A stretch of 64,000 bases of DNA, taken from NCBI GenBank assembly GCA_951406725.2, contig OX597832.1, positions 5,394,001-5,458,000 of the forward strand, written 5' to 3'. The translations under genes were made by a program, and so were the position numbers. Shown here piece after piece: positions 11,637 through 25,576 of this stretch. Positions within the stretch are counted from its first letter, which is position 1; every line of letters starts with the position of its first letter. Source of the stretch: Octopus vulgaris (taxonomy: Eukaryota). The notes beneath the pieces were generated by a model. The model was not told the origin of the DNA, ran no database searches, and worked only from the letters and a program-made list of their open reading frames with translations.

Positions 11637-12061
11637 TGTTATCTTTTACTTGTTTCGTTCATTAGACTGCAGTCATGCTGGGGCATCACCGTGAAGAATG
11701 TTTTACCCGGGCGAATGAACTCCAGAAACGGCCGTTGAAATATTTTCTTTTAATGTGTAACCCGAAACCTTATTTTGATGCCTATTAATATCTCTTCACT
11801 ACATTTTCAATTAAAAAAAAAAACGTTTTTATCTATATTCCAATACTTCATTATATTATTACTATGTTTATACACTCATATATTTATATGTATATATATA
11901 TTTTTATATTTTTAAGATATTAATATATGCTTTATTTTGGGCAATTTTTATCTTAAATCCGTACACATATGTGTTTATCGCAGTTTGCCTAACTGGAACT
12001 TTTTCATTTATTATACCGGAAGTGCGGTCAATGTGTTGCGTAAGAAAAATATAACTACACA

Positions 12062-12107
<46 letters not shown>

Positions 12108-12465
12108 TACACACACACACACAGATATATTTATGGCACTCCGTCGGTTACGACGACAAGGGTCCCACTTAATCCGATCAACGGAACAGCTTGCTCGTGA
12201 AATTAACGTGCCAGTGGATGAGCACTCCACAGACACATGTACCCTTAACGTAGTTCTCAGGGAGATTCAGTGTGACACAGAGTGTGACAAAGCTGGCTCT
12301 TTGAAATACAGGTACAACTAAAACAGGAAGAAAGAGTGAGAGAAAGTTGTGGGGAAAGAGTACAGTAGGGTTCGCCAACACACTTACATATATACAATAG
12401 TGATGTCGGATCCATCCATCCATCCATCCATCCATCCATCCATCCATCCATCCATCCATCCATCC

Positions 12466-12546
<81 letters not shown>

Positions 12547-14149
12547 CAGTACAATATTGATATCAGCTAAATAGATGTACGTCATTGCTGCCAGTTATAT
12601 ATTCCATACTAATGTTGTCGTGTGTCAACATTCAGGCCCGTTGCCAGATTTTGGCGCCTGAAGGTTCTGCAGAATATTCTGGGTGGGCCCTTATTTGTAA
12701 TAATACTAAAGTGGAGTTTCGAAATAAGTGTAACACTGTAAATCTGAGATTGCAACATTGAAAATTGAGGAGGCAGTGCCATCCGGTGCACCCCACTAGC
12801 GACTGGATTACGTCACTGTGTACAGAAAACCAAAAGTGCAATCTGATAGTTAATTAAGTACATATCGGTCTCTCACCTAAGAAATGATGTTGACATTTGT
12901 TAACAATGGCATCCTTCATCTGGTATGCTTCATTGTGTTGATAGCATGTTGATATTGAGCATATTGATACTGATTAGATAGATATATGGTATTTATGTTG
13001 TTAACAAAGATATATTCTGTTGTTGTCGGTTAGATATATATGCTATGTTAGAATTGACTAGATAGATATATCATGTTGATATCAATTAAAGAGTAAATAA
13101 TTTTGATTGAGGGAAACGACACTAGATGTCAACATTCTGTATATTTTATTTAAAGACAGAACGTACATTTTTGATAAATACATAATTGAATAAGAAAACT
13201 TCAAATAATTTAAGAAATTCACATCGTTTCCACAAATTTAGGTTATTTAAACATCAAATTAACAATTATATACTTGTTTTGAAATTACGATCAGATATTT
13301 AGCACTAGAGATAACTCTGTCTTGGTAGCAAGTCACATGTTTATTGTTTGTGGTTGCTGTCGTTAGAAACATGAATAAATATTTGTTTTATATACCATTC
13401 AGCGCTTATTTTATCTGGATTGCTCTAATCCCCTCTCTTAAGTTTATCGTCTCTATATAAGCCTGGTTTATATATATGCAGATAGATATTAAAGTAAACT
13501 ATATTCCAACGATTGTCATAATTTAATCTCGGCTTTAACTTATATTTGATTTCCAATACCTTATTTCTTTGTTTCTATGATTAATTCTGAGAGACAGCCT
13601 TTAAGCGTCAGCCGTCTACGCCAGTTGGAAAGTAATTCGATCGTTAGAAATAGAAAACACTGGATATAACAATAGGAGTTGTGGCAGTTGTGTAATGGTC
13701 ACTGAGAAAAGAAAAATGTTTTATCTCCACTTTCACTTCATCCAACATTTATAAATCTTAATTTTTATGGCAACAGATTAATCTTAATTCTAAAAGAAAG
13801 TAAATATACCAGGTCACCATTCGGCTTTAAAATGTCTGTCTACCCATACGTCACAAAACCAAACGCTAAAACTGTGTATCTTAAGACTTACCTACAACGC
13901 CCAAAACACATTTTTCATCATCCTCACACAACGTCTTTAAAAACACGACTAAAGAAGCAAATGATGTCTTTGATCATTATATATATATAAAGCTAGGATC
14001 TCGAGAAACTTTGCACAATCCTGCTATCAAACATACTTCAATAAAGATGTCTCTGTAACTGTCCTGTAGATAAAGACACTACATACTGTGCATGTATTGC
14101 TTCCAAGATCGTTTTGCATAGACACACAAAAACCTTTTTTTAATCCACA

Positions 14150-14496
14150 AAATCGGCGCTGTGTGGTAAGAAGCTTGCTTTTCAATGATGTAGTTCCGGA
14201 TTCACTACTGCGCGTCACCTTCGGTGTCTCCTGTTATAGCTTCGAGTCAATCAAAGCCTTGTTAGTGGATTTGGTAGAAGGAAACTGAAAGAAACCCGTC
14301 TTATATTTACAAAACACACACACACACACACACGCACACACACACACACGCACACATGCATGTGTGTATGTGTGTGCGTGTGCATCCTTGTGTTTGTTCC
14401 ACACTACCAATTGACAACTGGTGTTGGTGTGTTTACGTCCCTGTTACTTAGTGGTTCGGCAAAAGAGACCGATAGAATAGGTACCAGGCTTACGAA
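14150..14496 (+). mobile_element. SINE family B (diverged)
   Basis: gctgtgtggtaag..caaagccttg..gtggatttggtaga.ggaaactgaaaga..(CA)n..gagaccgatagaata. Confidence 0.8.
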
Positions 14497-14528
14497 ACGA
14501 CATGAACATGGCAACGTTTATACATACA

Positions 14529-14922
14529 CTAGCAGTATCGCCCGGCGTTGCTCGGGTTGTAAGGGAAATAACTATATAAGCATTTTTAGAGAGTTATAGC
14601 CAAAAAATAGCAAAAAAATGCATTAAAAATTGAAAGAAATTAAGGTAATTTTTTTTTTAAATCGTTGACACATCGTAGATATTTTTAGAGAGTTACTTCC
14701 CTTATATAAAAGCGAAAAAAATGCATTAAAATGGAAAAATATGATGGTAAATTTTTTAAAAATCGTAGACTCATCGTAGACGCGCGCTAATACCCAGAAG
14801 GGCTCGATATGAATCACGACTATAAGATACCCGCTTTTGGTTAAACTGCACCGCAAAATGTGGGAGTAGTTACGAATCTAAATCGTAGGAGACAGACACA
14901 CAACTTCACTCTTATATAAAGA
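14529..14922 (-). mobile_element. Non-autonomous Helitron
   Basis: Minus strand starts TC (14922) and ends CCCGAGCAACGCCGGG hairpin + CTAG (14529); inserted between A and T. Confidence 0.85.
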
Positions 14923-14936
14923 TGCTTTTTTTTTCA

Positions 14937-15699
14937 GTCATAGAGTTAGATTTATGAAGGTCTTCAGTAGAAAATCCTTCGAATTCTGACTCGCTGCTTG
15001 ATATAATGAAATTCGTATCCATTTTTTGTCAGAATTACAAATTTTGAAAACACAATATGAACAAATTTCGGAAAAAAATCTCCCATAATTCACGGAATTA
15101 AAATTACACTTCGATTTTTGTACAAAACTGTATTTGAAGTGTTTACGAAGTATAATACGTGTTTTCACGAATGTACTAAAGAGATTTACTCTGATATTCT
15201 CATTTAAATATGAATAGGTAAATTCGGGCGGTTTGGTAACGAAAGGGTTTATATAAGTGTCGTCTGTTTATACATAAACACTGTTTCATACTTTCAGTTT
15301 AGTCTTCCTCAAGTCACTGTCGCTATTTACTCTCTTCCAAGAACATTTTCACTCACTCTTATCTGTTAGCTTGCCATACATTTTACTCATGTATCTATCA
15401 GCGTGATAGACAGAAACAAATATTACATCTAGTTTCACTTTATTCGTTGCACACTGTGTGTGTGCGTTTGCGTGTGCTGTAAACCAGACTAAGAAAAGCA
15501 TTTGACATACACACCAGAATGTGAGTTTTCTGTAAATTTTGCTTAATTGGAGTTTAAATTTTAAAAACTGGACCTGGCAAAACCCGATGCATTCTACTCT
15601 TAAAAATGCTAGGTAAATTGTAATTGAAGAAATCCTATATTGTAGATTTCTATAACTGACAAAGGGAGGCAGATAAAATCTGCCTTTTATAATAAGAGA
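14937..15699 (-). mobile_element. Helitron-like 5' fragment
   Basis: Minus strand begins a|TCTCTTATTATAAAAGGCAGATTTTATCTGCC, similar in style to the other Helitron 5' ends here; 3' end not seen. Confidence 0.5.
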
Positions 15700-16264
15700 T
15701 ACATACATACATACATACATACATACAAACATACATACATACATACATACATACATACATACATACATACATACATACATACATACATACATACATACAT
15801 ACATACATACATACATACATGCATGTACATACATACATACATACATACATACATGCATGCATGCATACATACATACATACATACATACATACATACATAC
15901 ATACATACATACATACATACATACATACACACACACACGTTTATATGTGGATAAGTTTGACCTCGATATTGATTGGTGCTTATTTTAACAACATTGGTAG
16001 GATAGAAGACAAAATCAACTCCTGTGGGATTTGAACTCACAACGTAGAACATAAATAATGCACATTGTCGATGCATGGGATTGCAGCAAAATATCCCTCA
16101 TATCACAATCTATTGTCCTAAAAAAGGAAGGATACATTGGATGATGTACTTCATCTGAAAGAGTAGTATGAACATTGCTGAAACGCCTTTGATCAACGCG
16201 CGCGCACACACACACACACACATACACATACACACACACACACACATACACACACACATACACA

Positions 16265-16307
<43 letters not shown>

Positions 16308-16429
16308 ACACACACACACACAATAATCCGCAATAAGAGGGAAGGCAACATAGATGAGAGAGGATATTTGGTATTTATAGTCTTGTCATATCACGGTTAG
16401 ATTTTACAACTTCCGTTTGCTTAGTGGAG

Positions 16430-19378
16430 GCGTATGTGATCTTTTCAGTTTAGCTCACAGATTTAAAAAATTATTTTTTTAAAACTAAACTGTTTGAAAC
16501 TACGTATACTGGTGTAATTTCTCACGCTGAACACGGTTTACTTTCAACATTTTTGACAAAATTTCCTATTTTAGAAGTTATTTTGTGTTAAAGTTGTCGT
16601 ATTTGGGTAATTTTAGCCAATCAACGACGTGTATTTAGCTGAAGAAACCTACTGCTGTTTGCGATCAAAGAGCAACAACTTCCAGGTCATCTCTACTGAA
16701 TGTCACCTCTCTGTTCTAGTTTATTTCCGTTTACTGCCTGTTTCGCAAATTACAGGCTTTGTTGCTTTTGTTATTTGTTTTGCTTTTCGATCGTCTCTTT
16801 GTATATTTGTGTGATCATTTTCACCAATCTGATGTATTTTATTTTTGTTTACTGCCTGTGTTGCATACTACATGCTTTGTTTGCTTTTCGATCGCTCCTT
16901 TGTACATTTATATTTTCACCACTCGTACAAAGAGGAAGAAAGAGTAACGGTGGCATCGTCCTTTCTTGATTTCGGTCGAAAGCTTCTCTTCGTATGGCTG
17001 ACACAAAAGAGGGCGATAAAGGAAATGGTCTTTGTCTACGGCCAGGAATGTAGGTAAAATCCTAAACAGAGGACTGACAACTCTGTGACCAGCACAAGTC
17101 TTTAGAGGTCAAGTGTTTTCCATTAATCAGCTGGTGTGGAGATGCTAACAAAGGATTTCCCGCTTGCTTGACAAGCAACAAGAAGATGGATTTGGTTTCG
17201 AGTCTCAGGTAGGTAGGGCCAAACGAGGTCCTACACTACTCCTCCGTTAGAGAGTTTCTAAAAAAAGAAACAAACGATCTAGGAAAAAAAATGCATGCAT
17301 ACAAATATGCACTCCAGGACAAAGTGAAAATAACGTTCAGAATTTTGAAAGGTATTTTGTTGTTGGTGAAAGTGATGCAAGGCTGAGAAAAATGGTGCAT
17401 TCCAGAGAGAATCCTGGGAATGTATACGGAACAGATATCTATTCGAGTGAGTCCGAATAGCGGTGTCGAAGTGGTCAGTCAGTGACTGAGGCAGCGTGAA
17501 TGAGCGTGCACGCGACGGCGTATACAAGAGTGAGAGAGAGAGAGAGAGACTGACAGCTGTGGAATATACTGAGGCGAGTGAGTGAGCGCATTCTCAATCT
17601 GTGATATATGTTAAATTTTTCATGCAGAATTGCATTCAGTGTGAAATGTCTTGAAAGCAGTGTAGAAGAGAAATGTGTCTGGTGTTGTCATGGGCATTTG
17701 CTAATATTATAAGAATGACAGTGTGGCATGTTGACGGGTTGCGTGAGACAGGCAACTTTTTCTATTAATTCCGCGACCAATCTGGGGTCTAACAGACAAG
17801 TTGTGTCTGACAAGGGCGCATATAGCATGAGCTGACATCCGACGTACATAGAGTCGGGCAAAAGAGCTGAATGGGTACAGACACGATGAGAACAACTCTA
17901 AAGGCATACTATTGTGATGCATGTGTAGAACTGGGTGCGTGCGAAGAAAGAAATTGCATTTATTCAAATGGGGAACCTATAGCAGTAGCCATGCAATAAA
18001 ACAAGCGAACAATGAGTGTGCATGAAATGTGCAATGCCAATGACCGACAAGAAAAAATATAGAACATTCAAAAACACATGCATATGAATTCAGTGGTTTT
18101 AGTGAAACGAATCGTCGCGGAATTGGGTGTTACGTGTAAACAAAATGAAGGTATGCAGTGCAAACAAAACAGAATAAAATAAGCAAACATGTCAAACTTG
18201 GCTAGAAAGTGCCCTGGTCCTGAAAAGCTAAAAAGTAGCATTTGAAATGCAAAAATAGGTGCATGCAAAGAAAGTTCATGTCTATGTGTAAGAGTTCGAG
18301 TGGCATGCAGGTTAAATGCAGGATTTGATCGAAAAGTCTGCGGCTGTTCAAAATGTTCCATGTGTGGGCTTCCATAAATTTATCCGGTTAGTTCTTGGTC
18401 GGATAGCTGTTCGAAATGCTGTATTTACTTATTTCAGAGGTTTCTCTGGTAGATGTGTGCATGGGGTTGCAGTGCATTCTCTGGCAGATCGAAAATGAAT
18501 TGTGGATGTCCATTGTGTCGGCGAGTTCTTTGTGTGATAGTCGAAATGAAAACTGTGTGCAGTAAAAGTTGTTATTCTTGTCTTTGACGTGATGGGCATG
18601 ATGTGAATGCTATAATTGTTTTCATGAGGTCATGCGATGCAGCGAAATGATGTGCTATGTAGAATCAGAAAGCTGTAATTCTTGCAATCGGGGTTACCAA
18701 ATGTAATTGATAGATGTGAAGATGGTTCAAGCGAAGGCTGCAATTCTTTAGCTCGGAGTCACCAGTTGTAGCGGCTAATGTTATGCTTTGGGTTGGTATG
18801 TTGTAGCCGTCTACCAAATGTAGCGTGTAGTTGTAACGCTTGAGATTATCACGGCTGAGAAACCAGTAAAGAACATCGAAGAAAAACACCAAAAAAAAAA
18901 AGGGAGGAATATTATTTACATTTTTTATTTGCCCGACAAGTGGTTAGTAAGACAAAAGTGATCGTAGTGACAGTGACAAAAGGTTCGACCGCTAGCTGGT
19001 AGTCGATAGTGTGGAAGATGCTTTCTGATGGAAAAAAGAGAGAAAGTGTGGGGAATGCACTGTGCTGACAAGAAAGCAAGAAAGGGTAACGGTGGCACCG
19101 TCCCTTTTTGATTTCGGCCGAAAGCTTCTCTTCGTATGGCGAGTGAAGGACGAACGGAAGTGTTAAGAAAATGGTCTCTGTTATATATTTATGGCCAGGA
19201 ATGTAGGCCAAATCCTAAACAAAGGACTGACCTTTCCGTGACCAGCACAAGTCATTGGAGGTCAGGTGTTTCCCATTAATCATCTAGTGTGGAGATGCAA
19301 ACAAAGAATTTCCCGCTTGCTTGACAAGCAACAGGCATGTGGATTTGGTTTCGAATCTCAGGCAGGTAGGGCCAAACG

Positions 19379-19380
<2 letters not shown>
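16430..19380 (-). mobile_element. Old composite repeat, possibly a decayed Helitron interior
   Basis: Internal ~295-bp direct repeats; weak VFFFD and RLYV echoes of RepHel helicase motifs; start shared with repeats at 25150 and 26175. Confidence 0.35.
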
Positions 19381-19455
<75 letters not shown>

Positions 19456-19727
19456 CCCATCCATCCATCCATCCATCCATCCATCCATCCATGCATGCAC
19501 TCGTATTTAGTCTCAGAGTTGCCATTATCATCGTCAATTTCCGTAAAAAATTTTTATCCCATCAGAAAATAAGTTTTGAAAGCACGTGTTGTCTTGTCAA
19601 CTGCCAACACTCGTGTCGCAGTGGATAAGGGAAGGCAGGTGTTTGCGTGTGTGCGAGCTTGCTCTGTTTGACGTGTCGATGTGGAAGAAGGTAATGGATG
19701 AACCTGTGTGTGTGTTTGTATGTATGT

Positions 19728-19790
<63 letters not shown>

Positions 19791-20144
19791 AGCGTGTTCT
19801 GTGTTCTGTATTTACGTGAGTAGAATGTAGATAACGAAAACAATGTCGTTTTAAACTTGAGAAAAAAGCCTTGCATATTTGTTCTTATTTGGTTCTTTTG
19901 TGTATGTAAAATCTGTATGGATGATGTGATGATAAATACATTATATTTGGGGTGGGGAGAAGCCTGGATGGTGCCCTTTGGTTTGATCCTACCTGGCTTA
20001 TAATTAGCAATAAAAAGAAAAAAATTGAAGTACGATCTACGGAGAGTCATTACGTCAATATGATTAAGACAATATAATTAACACATTACGTCAATCTAAT
20101 TAACACAGACACTGGTTCAATTCCACTCGTTTATTAGATACTCT

Positions 20145-20353
20145 TTACTCTTTCACTCTTTTACTTGTTTCAGTCATTTGACTGTGGCCATGCTGAAGCA
20201 CTGCCTTTAGTTGAGCAAATCGACCCCAGGACTTATTCTTTGTAAGCCTAGTACTTATTCTATCGGTCTCTTTTGCCGAACCGCTAAGTTACGGGGATGT
20301 AAACACACCAGCATCGGTTGTCAAACGATGTTGGGCAGAAAAACACAGACACA

Positions 20354-20399
<46 letters not shown>

Positions 20400-20582
20400 T
20401 ATATACATACATATATATGACGAGATTCTTTCAGTTTCCGTCTACCAAATCCACTCACAAGGCTTTGGTCAGCCCGAGGCTATAGTAGATGACACTTGCC
20501 CAAGGTGCCACGCAGTGGGACTGAACCCGGAACCATGTGGATCGTTAGCAAGCTACTTACTACACTGCCACTCCTACACCTA
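20145..20582 (-). mobile_element. SINE family B, full length
   Basis: Reverse complement of the 23381-23780 family. Confidence 0.9.
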
Positions 20583-20976
20583 TTATATCCGATTTATTTT
20601 TTTTTAAACCAGATACATAAACAAGTACTATATTTCTAACCAATAATACAAGCAGAAGAGAAAACTACTGTACACACACACACACACACAAACAAACAAA
20701 CAAACAAACACACCGACAGGAGTGTTTATAGTTAACAAGACGTGCTCATAGCTATGTTGATGAAAACAAGAAAAGTAGAACTCAAAATATGAGTATATGT
20801 ATATTTTTATTAATGTTTAGTACAAGTATAAGATTAACTCAAGGTCCGAGAGTTTCGTGTGTTATGGAATTGATAAGTACCAATGCACGAAACTCTCTGA
20901 CCATTAGTCACTCTGTTACTTCTACTAAATATTAATATATATATATATATATATATATATTATGTATGTATGTATG

Positions 20977-21070
<94 letters not shown>

Positions 21071-21289
21071 AAAAATATGAAAAATCCAGGCAAATATCAA
21101 TAAACTACTCAGTTTTAAATGAATTTGGTTAACCATACTAAACAATCAAACACCAATAAGTGCATATTCAGATTTATTAATTTGAATGATATTTTCTGTC
21201 TCTAAATGTGTCGATACAAGAGAAACGATTATCGGCTTTGTATGGTGAATGTAACAACTAAAGATGTGATATTTTCTATCCGTATATAT

Positions 21290-21920
21290 ATATAAACAAA
21301 TTAATAAATAAAACATATGCATATATACATACATATATGTACGAACCTACATCTACATGTATATATACATGCATATATGGGTACAGGCACCAAAAAAACG
21401 TCAAACACAATGAGAAACGAAAACATAAACACAAAACCAAGGAACTGAAAATTTTTCTTAAACAATGAAAAAATAGAGTACAGGACAAATAACACAAGGA
21501 AAATCCCCCTTCTTCAGTCGCCATGGTTTCATCTACTCCGTGTTTCAAAGGTGAAGGCGAGACGCGACTTCGACTGAAAATTCCTTCCCGCGAAAAGCAA
21601 ATTAAATAAAATTTGAGATTTTTTTGCGGAGGGGTAAAAATGGTAACAAAAACAGGACAGTAACGACAGTACAAAATCTAAACAGTAAAAGACAGGACAA
21701 GGAGAATAACAGTAACACAGACAAGAAGGGTTGTTAAGCCGAACGAAATAAAATATTACGAACGCTATTTTTGAGAACGGCGAAGGAACCACAGAAAATG
21801 CCGTCTACACTCGGGTGAAGCAAGGTCAGAAAAAACAGTAGTTTTCTGACCAGCGACGGGACAGGGGAGGAGGAGTAAGAGAAAGGGAAGGGGAGAGAAA
21901 AAAGAACGAATGGTTTATAC
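21290..21920 (-). mobile_element. PLE pLTR-like repeat (same family as 38076-38328)
   Basis: Homologous to 38076-38328 and partly to 47300-47470; next to (TA)n; CTGAAGA-hairpin-GTC motif. Confidence 0.55.
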
Positions 21921-22031
21921 CTGGTATCTTACTGTATTGCATCTATTATATTTTTGATCTTCTATATAAATGTAGATATATCCTTTGTTTGGCTGCTTTT
22001 CTTTACACGAAGTGAGTAGATACATTGCGGA

Positions 22032-22131
22032 ACCCGAAGAGACACATCAACATCAACGGATGTTCCTAAACCAGTTGTTAAGTATCCCACCCATGAGGGA
22101 TCGATGCTAGATGTGTCGAAGTAATTGTCGT
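22032..22131 (+). ncRNA. Degenerate hammerhead motif with long stem II
   Basis: ac-CCGAAGA-GACACATC...GATGTGTC-GAAG-TAATTG-TC-gt; three substitutions from CTGAAGA/GAAA/CAATTG. Confidence 0.55.
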
Positions 22132-22195
22132 ATTTAATAAAAATCATCATATCCTCCATCTTCCGTTTATCATTTACAATATATATATAAAGAAA

Positions 22196-22940
22196 TACAA
22201 AAAATGGGACAAGAATGCAAAACATCCAGATAGTTAGATGATACAAAACAAGGACAAGAAAAAACAAGGACGGGTCATTCGGAGTTTTCTTTCCTCAGTC
22301 GAGTTCCAGATAATCTTTGCAACTTCGGCTGGTTATACTCGAGATTGCTCCAATCTGGCCAGCTCTAAGGAAAAACTAAGCTAAAAGCATTAGATTCCTT
22401 GGAAGAGAGCAGCGAATGTATACGAAAACAAGGACGGGAAAAAATGGAGAAATGATACACAAATACAAATGCAAATAACAGGACATTAACAACAGGTGTC
22501 TTTCGACTAAGGACGAATTAAATTAAGCTGGTGTGTGTGGAAGTGAGCCTTACGGCAGGGACATAGGAGATGAGAGTCATGGGGAGGAATATAGATGTTG
22601 CACGGATGGTAGTCGAACCAAGAAAGGAAGGTCAGGCTTGGCCGAACACCGGTCACATGGAGAAAGAGGAGAGAGGTAGAGGCAGGGGGATAGAAGAATT
22701 AGGGAGGGACGATTCGCTGCTTCCTTCCAAGGAATCTAGTGTTCTTAGCTTAGTTTTCCTTGGGGCTGGCTACATTTGAGCAATCTCGAGTATAATCAGC
22801 CGAAATTGCAAAAATAATCTGGAACTCGACTGAGGAAAGAAACCTCCGAATGACCCGTCCTTGTTTTTTCTTGTCCCTTTTTTTATATCATCTGTCTGGA
22901 TGTTTTGCGTTCTTGCCCCATTTTATGTTTTCTTTTTTAT
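22196..22940. mobile_element. PLE-like element with ~220-bp inverted arms
   Basis: 22196-22417 is the reverse complement of 22712-22930; short TA runs at both ends. Confidence 0.7.
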
Positions 22941-23119
22941 ATACATATGGCGGCGTGTGTACACTTTGGTCTCATATATATATATATAATTTTTTTTGTA
23001 CGACTCTCTTATTCTTTCATTCTTTCTTTCTTTCTATCAGCCCCTTCACACTTTTTTCGTTCTTTCCACTCTTCTTTCTTCCGTCCTCCCTCTGTCACAT
23101 TTCCTGACTTTCTCTTCAT

Positions 23120-23285
23120 ATACGACGGGCTTCTTTCAGTTTCCGTCTACTAAATCCACTCACAAGACTTTGGTCGATCCGAGGCTATAGTAGAAGACAC
23201 TCATCCAAGATGCCACACAGTGGGACCAAACCCGGAACCATGTAGTTGTTAAGCAAGCTTCTTATCACATAGCCATTCCAGCGCC

Positions 23286-23383
<98 letters not shown>

Positions 23384-23780
23384 CGCAGGAGTGGCTGTGT
23401 GGTAGGTAGCTTGCTTACCAACCACATAGTTCCGGGTTCATTCCACTGCGTGGCACCATGGGCAAGTGTCTTCTACTATAGCCTCGGGCCGTCCAAAGCC
23501 TTGTGAGTGGATTTGGTAGACGGAAACTGGAAGAAGCCCGTCGTATATATGTATATATATATATATTATGTGTGAATATGTTTATGTGTCTGTGTTTGTC
23601 CCCCACCATTGCTTGACAACCGATGGTGGTGTGTTTACGTCCCCGTAACTTAACGTTTCAGCAAAAGAGACTGATAGAATAAGTATTAGGCTTACAAAGA
23701 ATAAGTCCTGGGGTCGATTTACTAAACGCGGTGCTTCAGCATGGACGCAGTCAAATGACTGAAACAAGTAAAAGAGTATA
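23120..23780. mobile_element. Two head-to-head SINE family B copies around (TA)n
   Basis: 23120-23286 minus; 23381-23780 plus (ggcgcaggagtggctgtgtggt..gggttca..ccactgcgtggcacc). Confidence 0.9.
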
Positions 23781-23793
23781 CATATATATATAC

Positions 23794-23862
<69 letters not shown>

Positions 23863-24406
23863 TATCTACGAAACATGTAAACTTCGAAGAGAAAACCGAT
23901 AATGACACACTTTCAAGCAGATTGATGGATATTATTTGTTCTATTTCACAAACAGTTCCCTATCTTTTAAGGAAGCTGTGATGGGCTCCTATCATTCATG
24001 TAACCTGCAACGTTATTGTCTACAAAATACTACTTCCAAAATTTAGCAACGCAAATAAGCCAAGCTGTCACACTGGATAATAATAAAAGGCTGACCACAT
24101 CCGCGAGGTGTGTATTGTTTGATGAATAAGTACCTGGCATTTCCTTCAGTAATGTTTATCATATAACACGCAATACCTCTTCAGAAATAAACAGACGGCA
24201 GCTAAGTTGAATGAAAGTGATATGAATAATAATAGAGCTTCTGAAGAATGTTGTTGCTCTTTGTTTTCTCTGGTGGTGGTGATGGGGGGGAGGGCAGTTG
24301 GAGTGGGAGATGAAGGAGTTGCGGTAGAGAATACACTCCAATGAAAACTATGATCTGTTGTCTTATGTCCTGTTGAGTGGCAGCGAAATGATGTAGTCAA
24401 AATGAC

Positions 24407-24760
24407 AGGCGTGGCTGTGTGGCAAGGACCTTGCTTCTTAACCACATGGTTCCGGGTTCAGTCCCACTGCGTGGTATCTACTAGAGATTCGGGTCGACCA
24501 AAGCCTTGTAAGTGGATTAAGTAGAGGAAACTGAAAGAAGCCCGTCATATATGTGTGTGGCTTTGCATCTTTGTTTGTCCCCCGCCCCACAACTTGACAG
24601 CCGGTGTTGGTTTGTTTACGTATCCGTAACTTAACGGTTCGGCGGAAGAGACCCTTAGAATAAGTACCTGGCTTTTAAAAAAGGACTGGGGTCGAGAAAA
24701 TTCTTCAAGGTGGTGCCCCAGCATGGCCGCAGTCTAACGACTGAAACAATAAAAGCTAAA
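24407..24760 (+). mobile_element. SINE family B
   Basis: Same head, body and tail as 23381-23780. Confidence 0.85.
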
Positions 24761-25418
24761 ATCTAAAAGATATGTGTGTGTGTGCTTCTGTGTATGCGTA
24801 TGTATGCATGTCTGTGTGTTTGTGTGTATTTTAGGGTGCGCTCGTGTGTATGTATATGTATGTGTGTATGTATGTATGAGTACAAGTGCGTGTGTGTGTG
24901 AGCTGATGGATGTTTATATACTTGAAGAAAACCAAGGCATGTATATATATATGTATGTTTGTATGACTATATGTATATATGTGTATGTATGCGTGTTTAT
25001 TTGTTTATATGACACATAAACACACATACACACACATACACACACCAGACACACATTCACGCACACACATACTCACACATGAGCGCATGCTCATGGCGCT
25101 TCATGTTACTTTTTCTGGATAGAATTTTTCGGTCTACAGAGAATATGTATGGGATCTTTACCTTTTGACCTACAGATTTAGAAAATAATCTTTTGTAACT
25201 AAACACTTTCAAACTTCGGACACTGGTAGAATGTGTCATATAAAACATCTTTTACTCTTAGGGTTGTTGAGAAAAGCTTATATTTACGAAGTTATTTCAC
25301 GTTAACGTTCTCGTATTTCGGTAATTTCAACCAATCAATGACGTGTATTCAGCTGAATAAAATTACTGCTGTTGTTTTCAACAAGAACTTCCGGTGGTGT
25401 ATATTTCGTTTGTCACTG

Positions 25419-25460
<42 letters not shown>

Positions 25461-25468
<8 letters not shown>

Positions 25469-25576
25469 ATCACGTGACCGACCAGACCATCAGATGTTGC
25501 TGTACATCGCTGGTCACAATGCGCTTGCATTGTTTTAGCCTTCGAACGACGCCACCCCGCTGGCTAAGCGAGCAGG

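Noticed and set aside
12623-12812. Possible hAT MITE starting caggcccgttgccag
   Set aside because: Right TIR is too degenerate and no TSD is visible.
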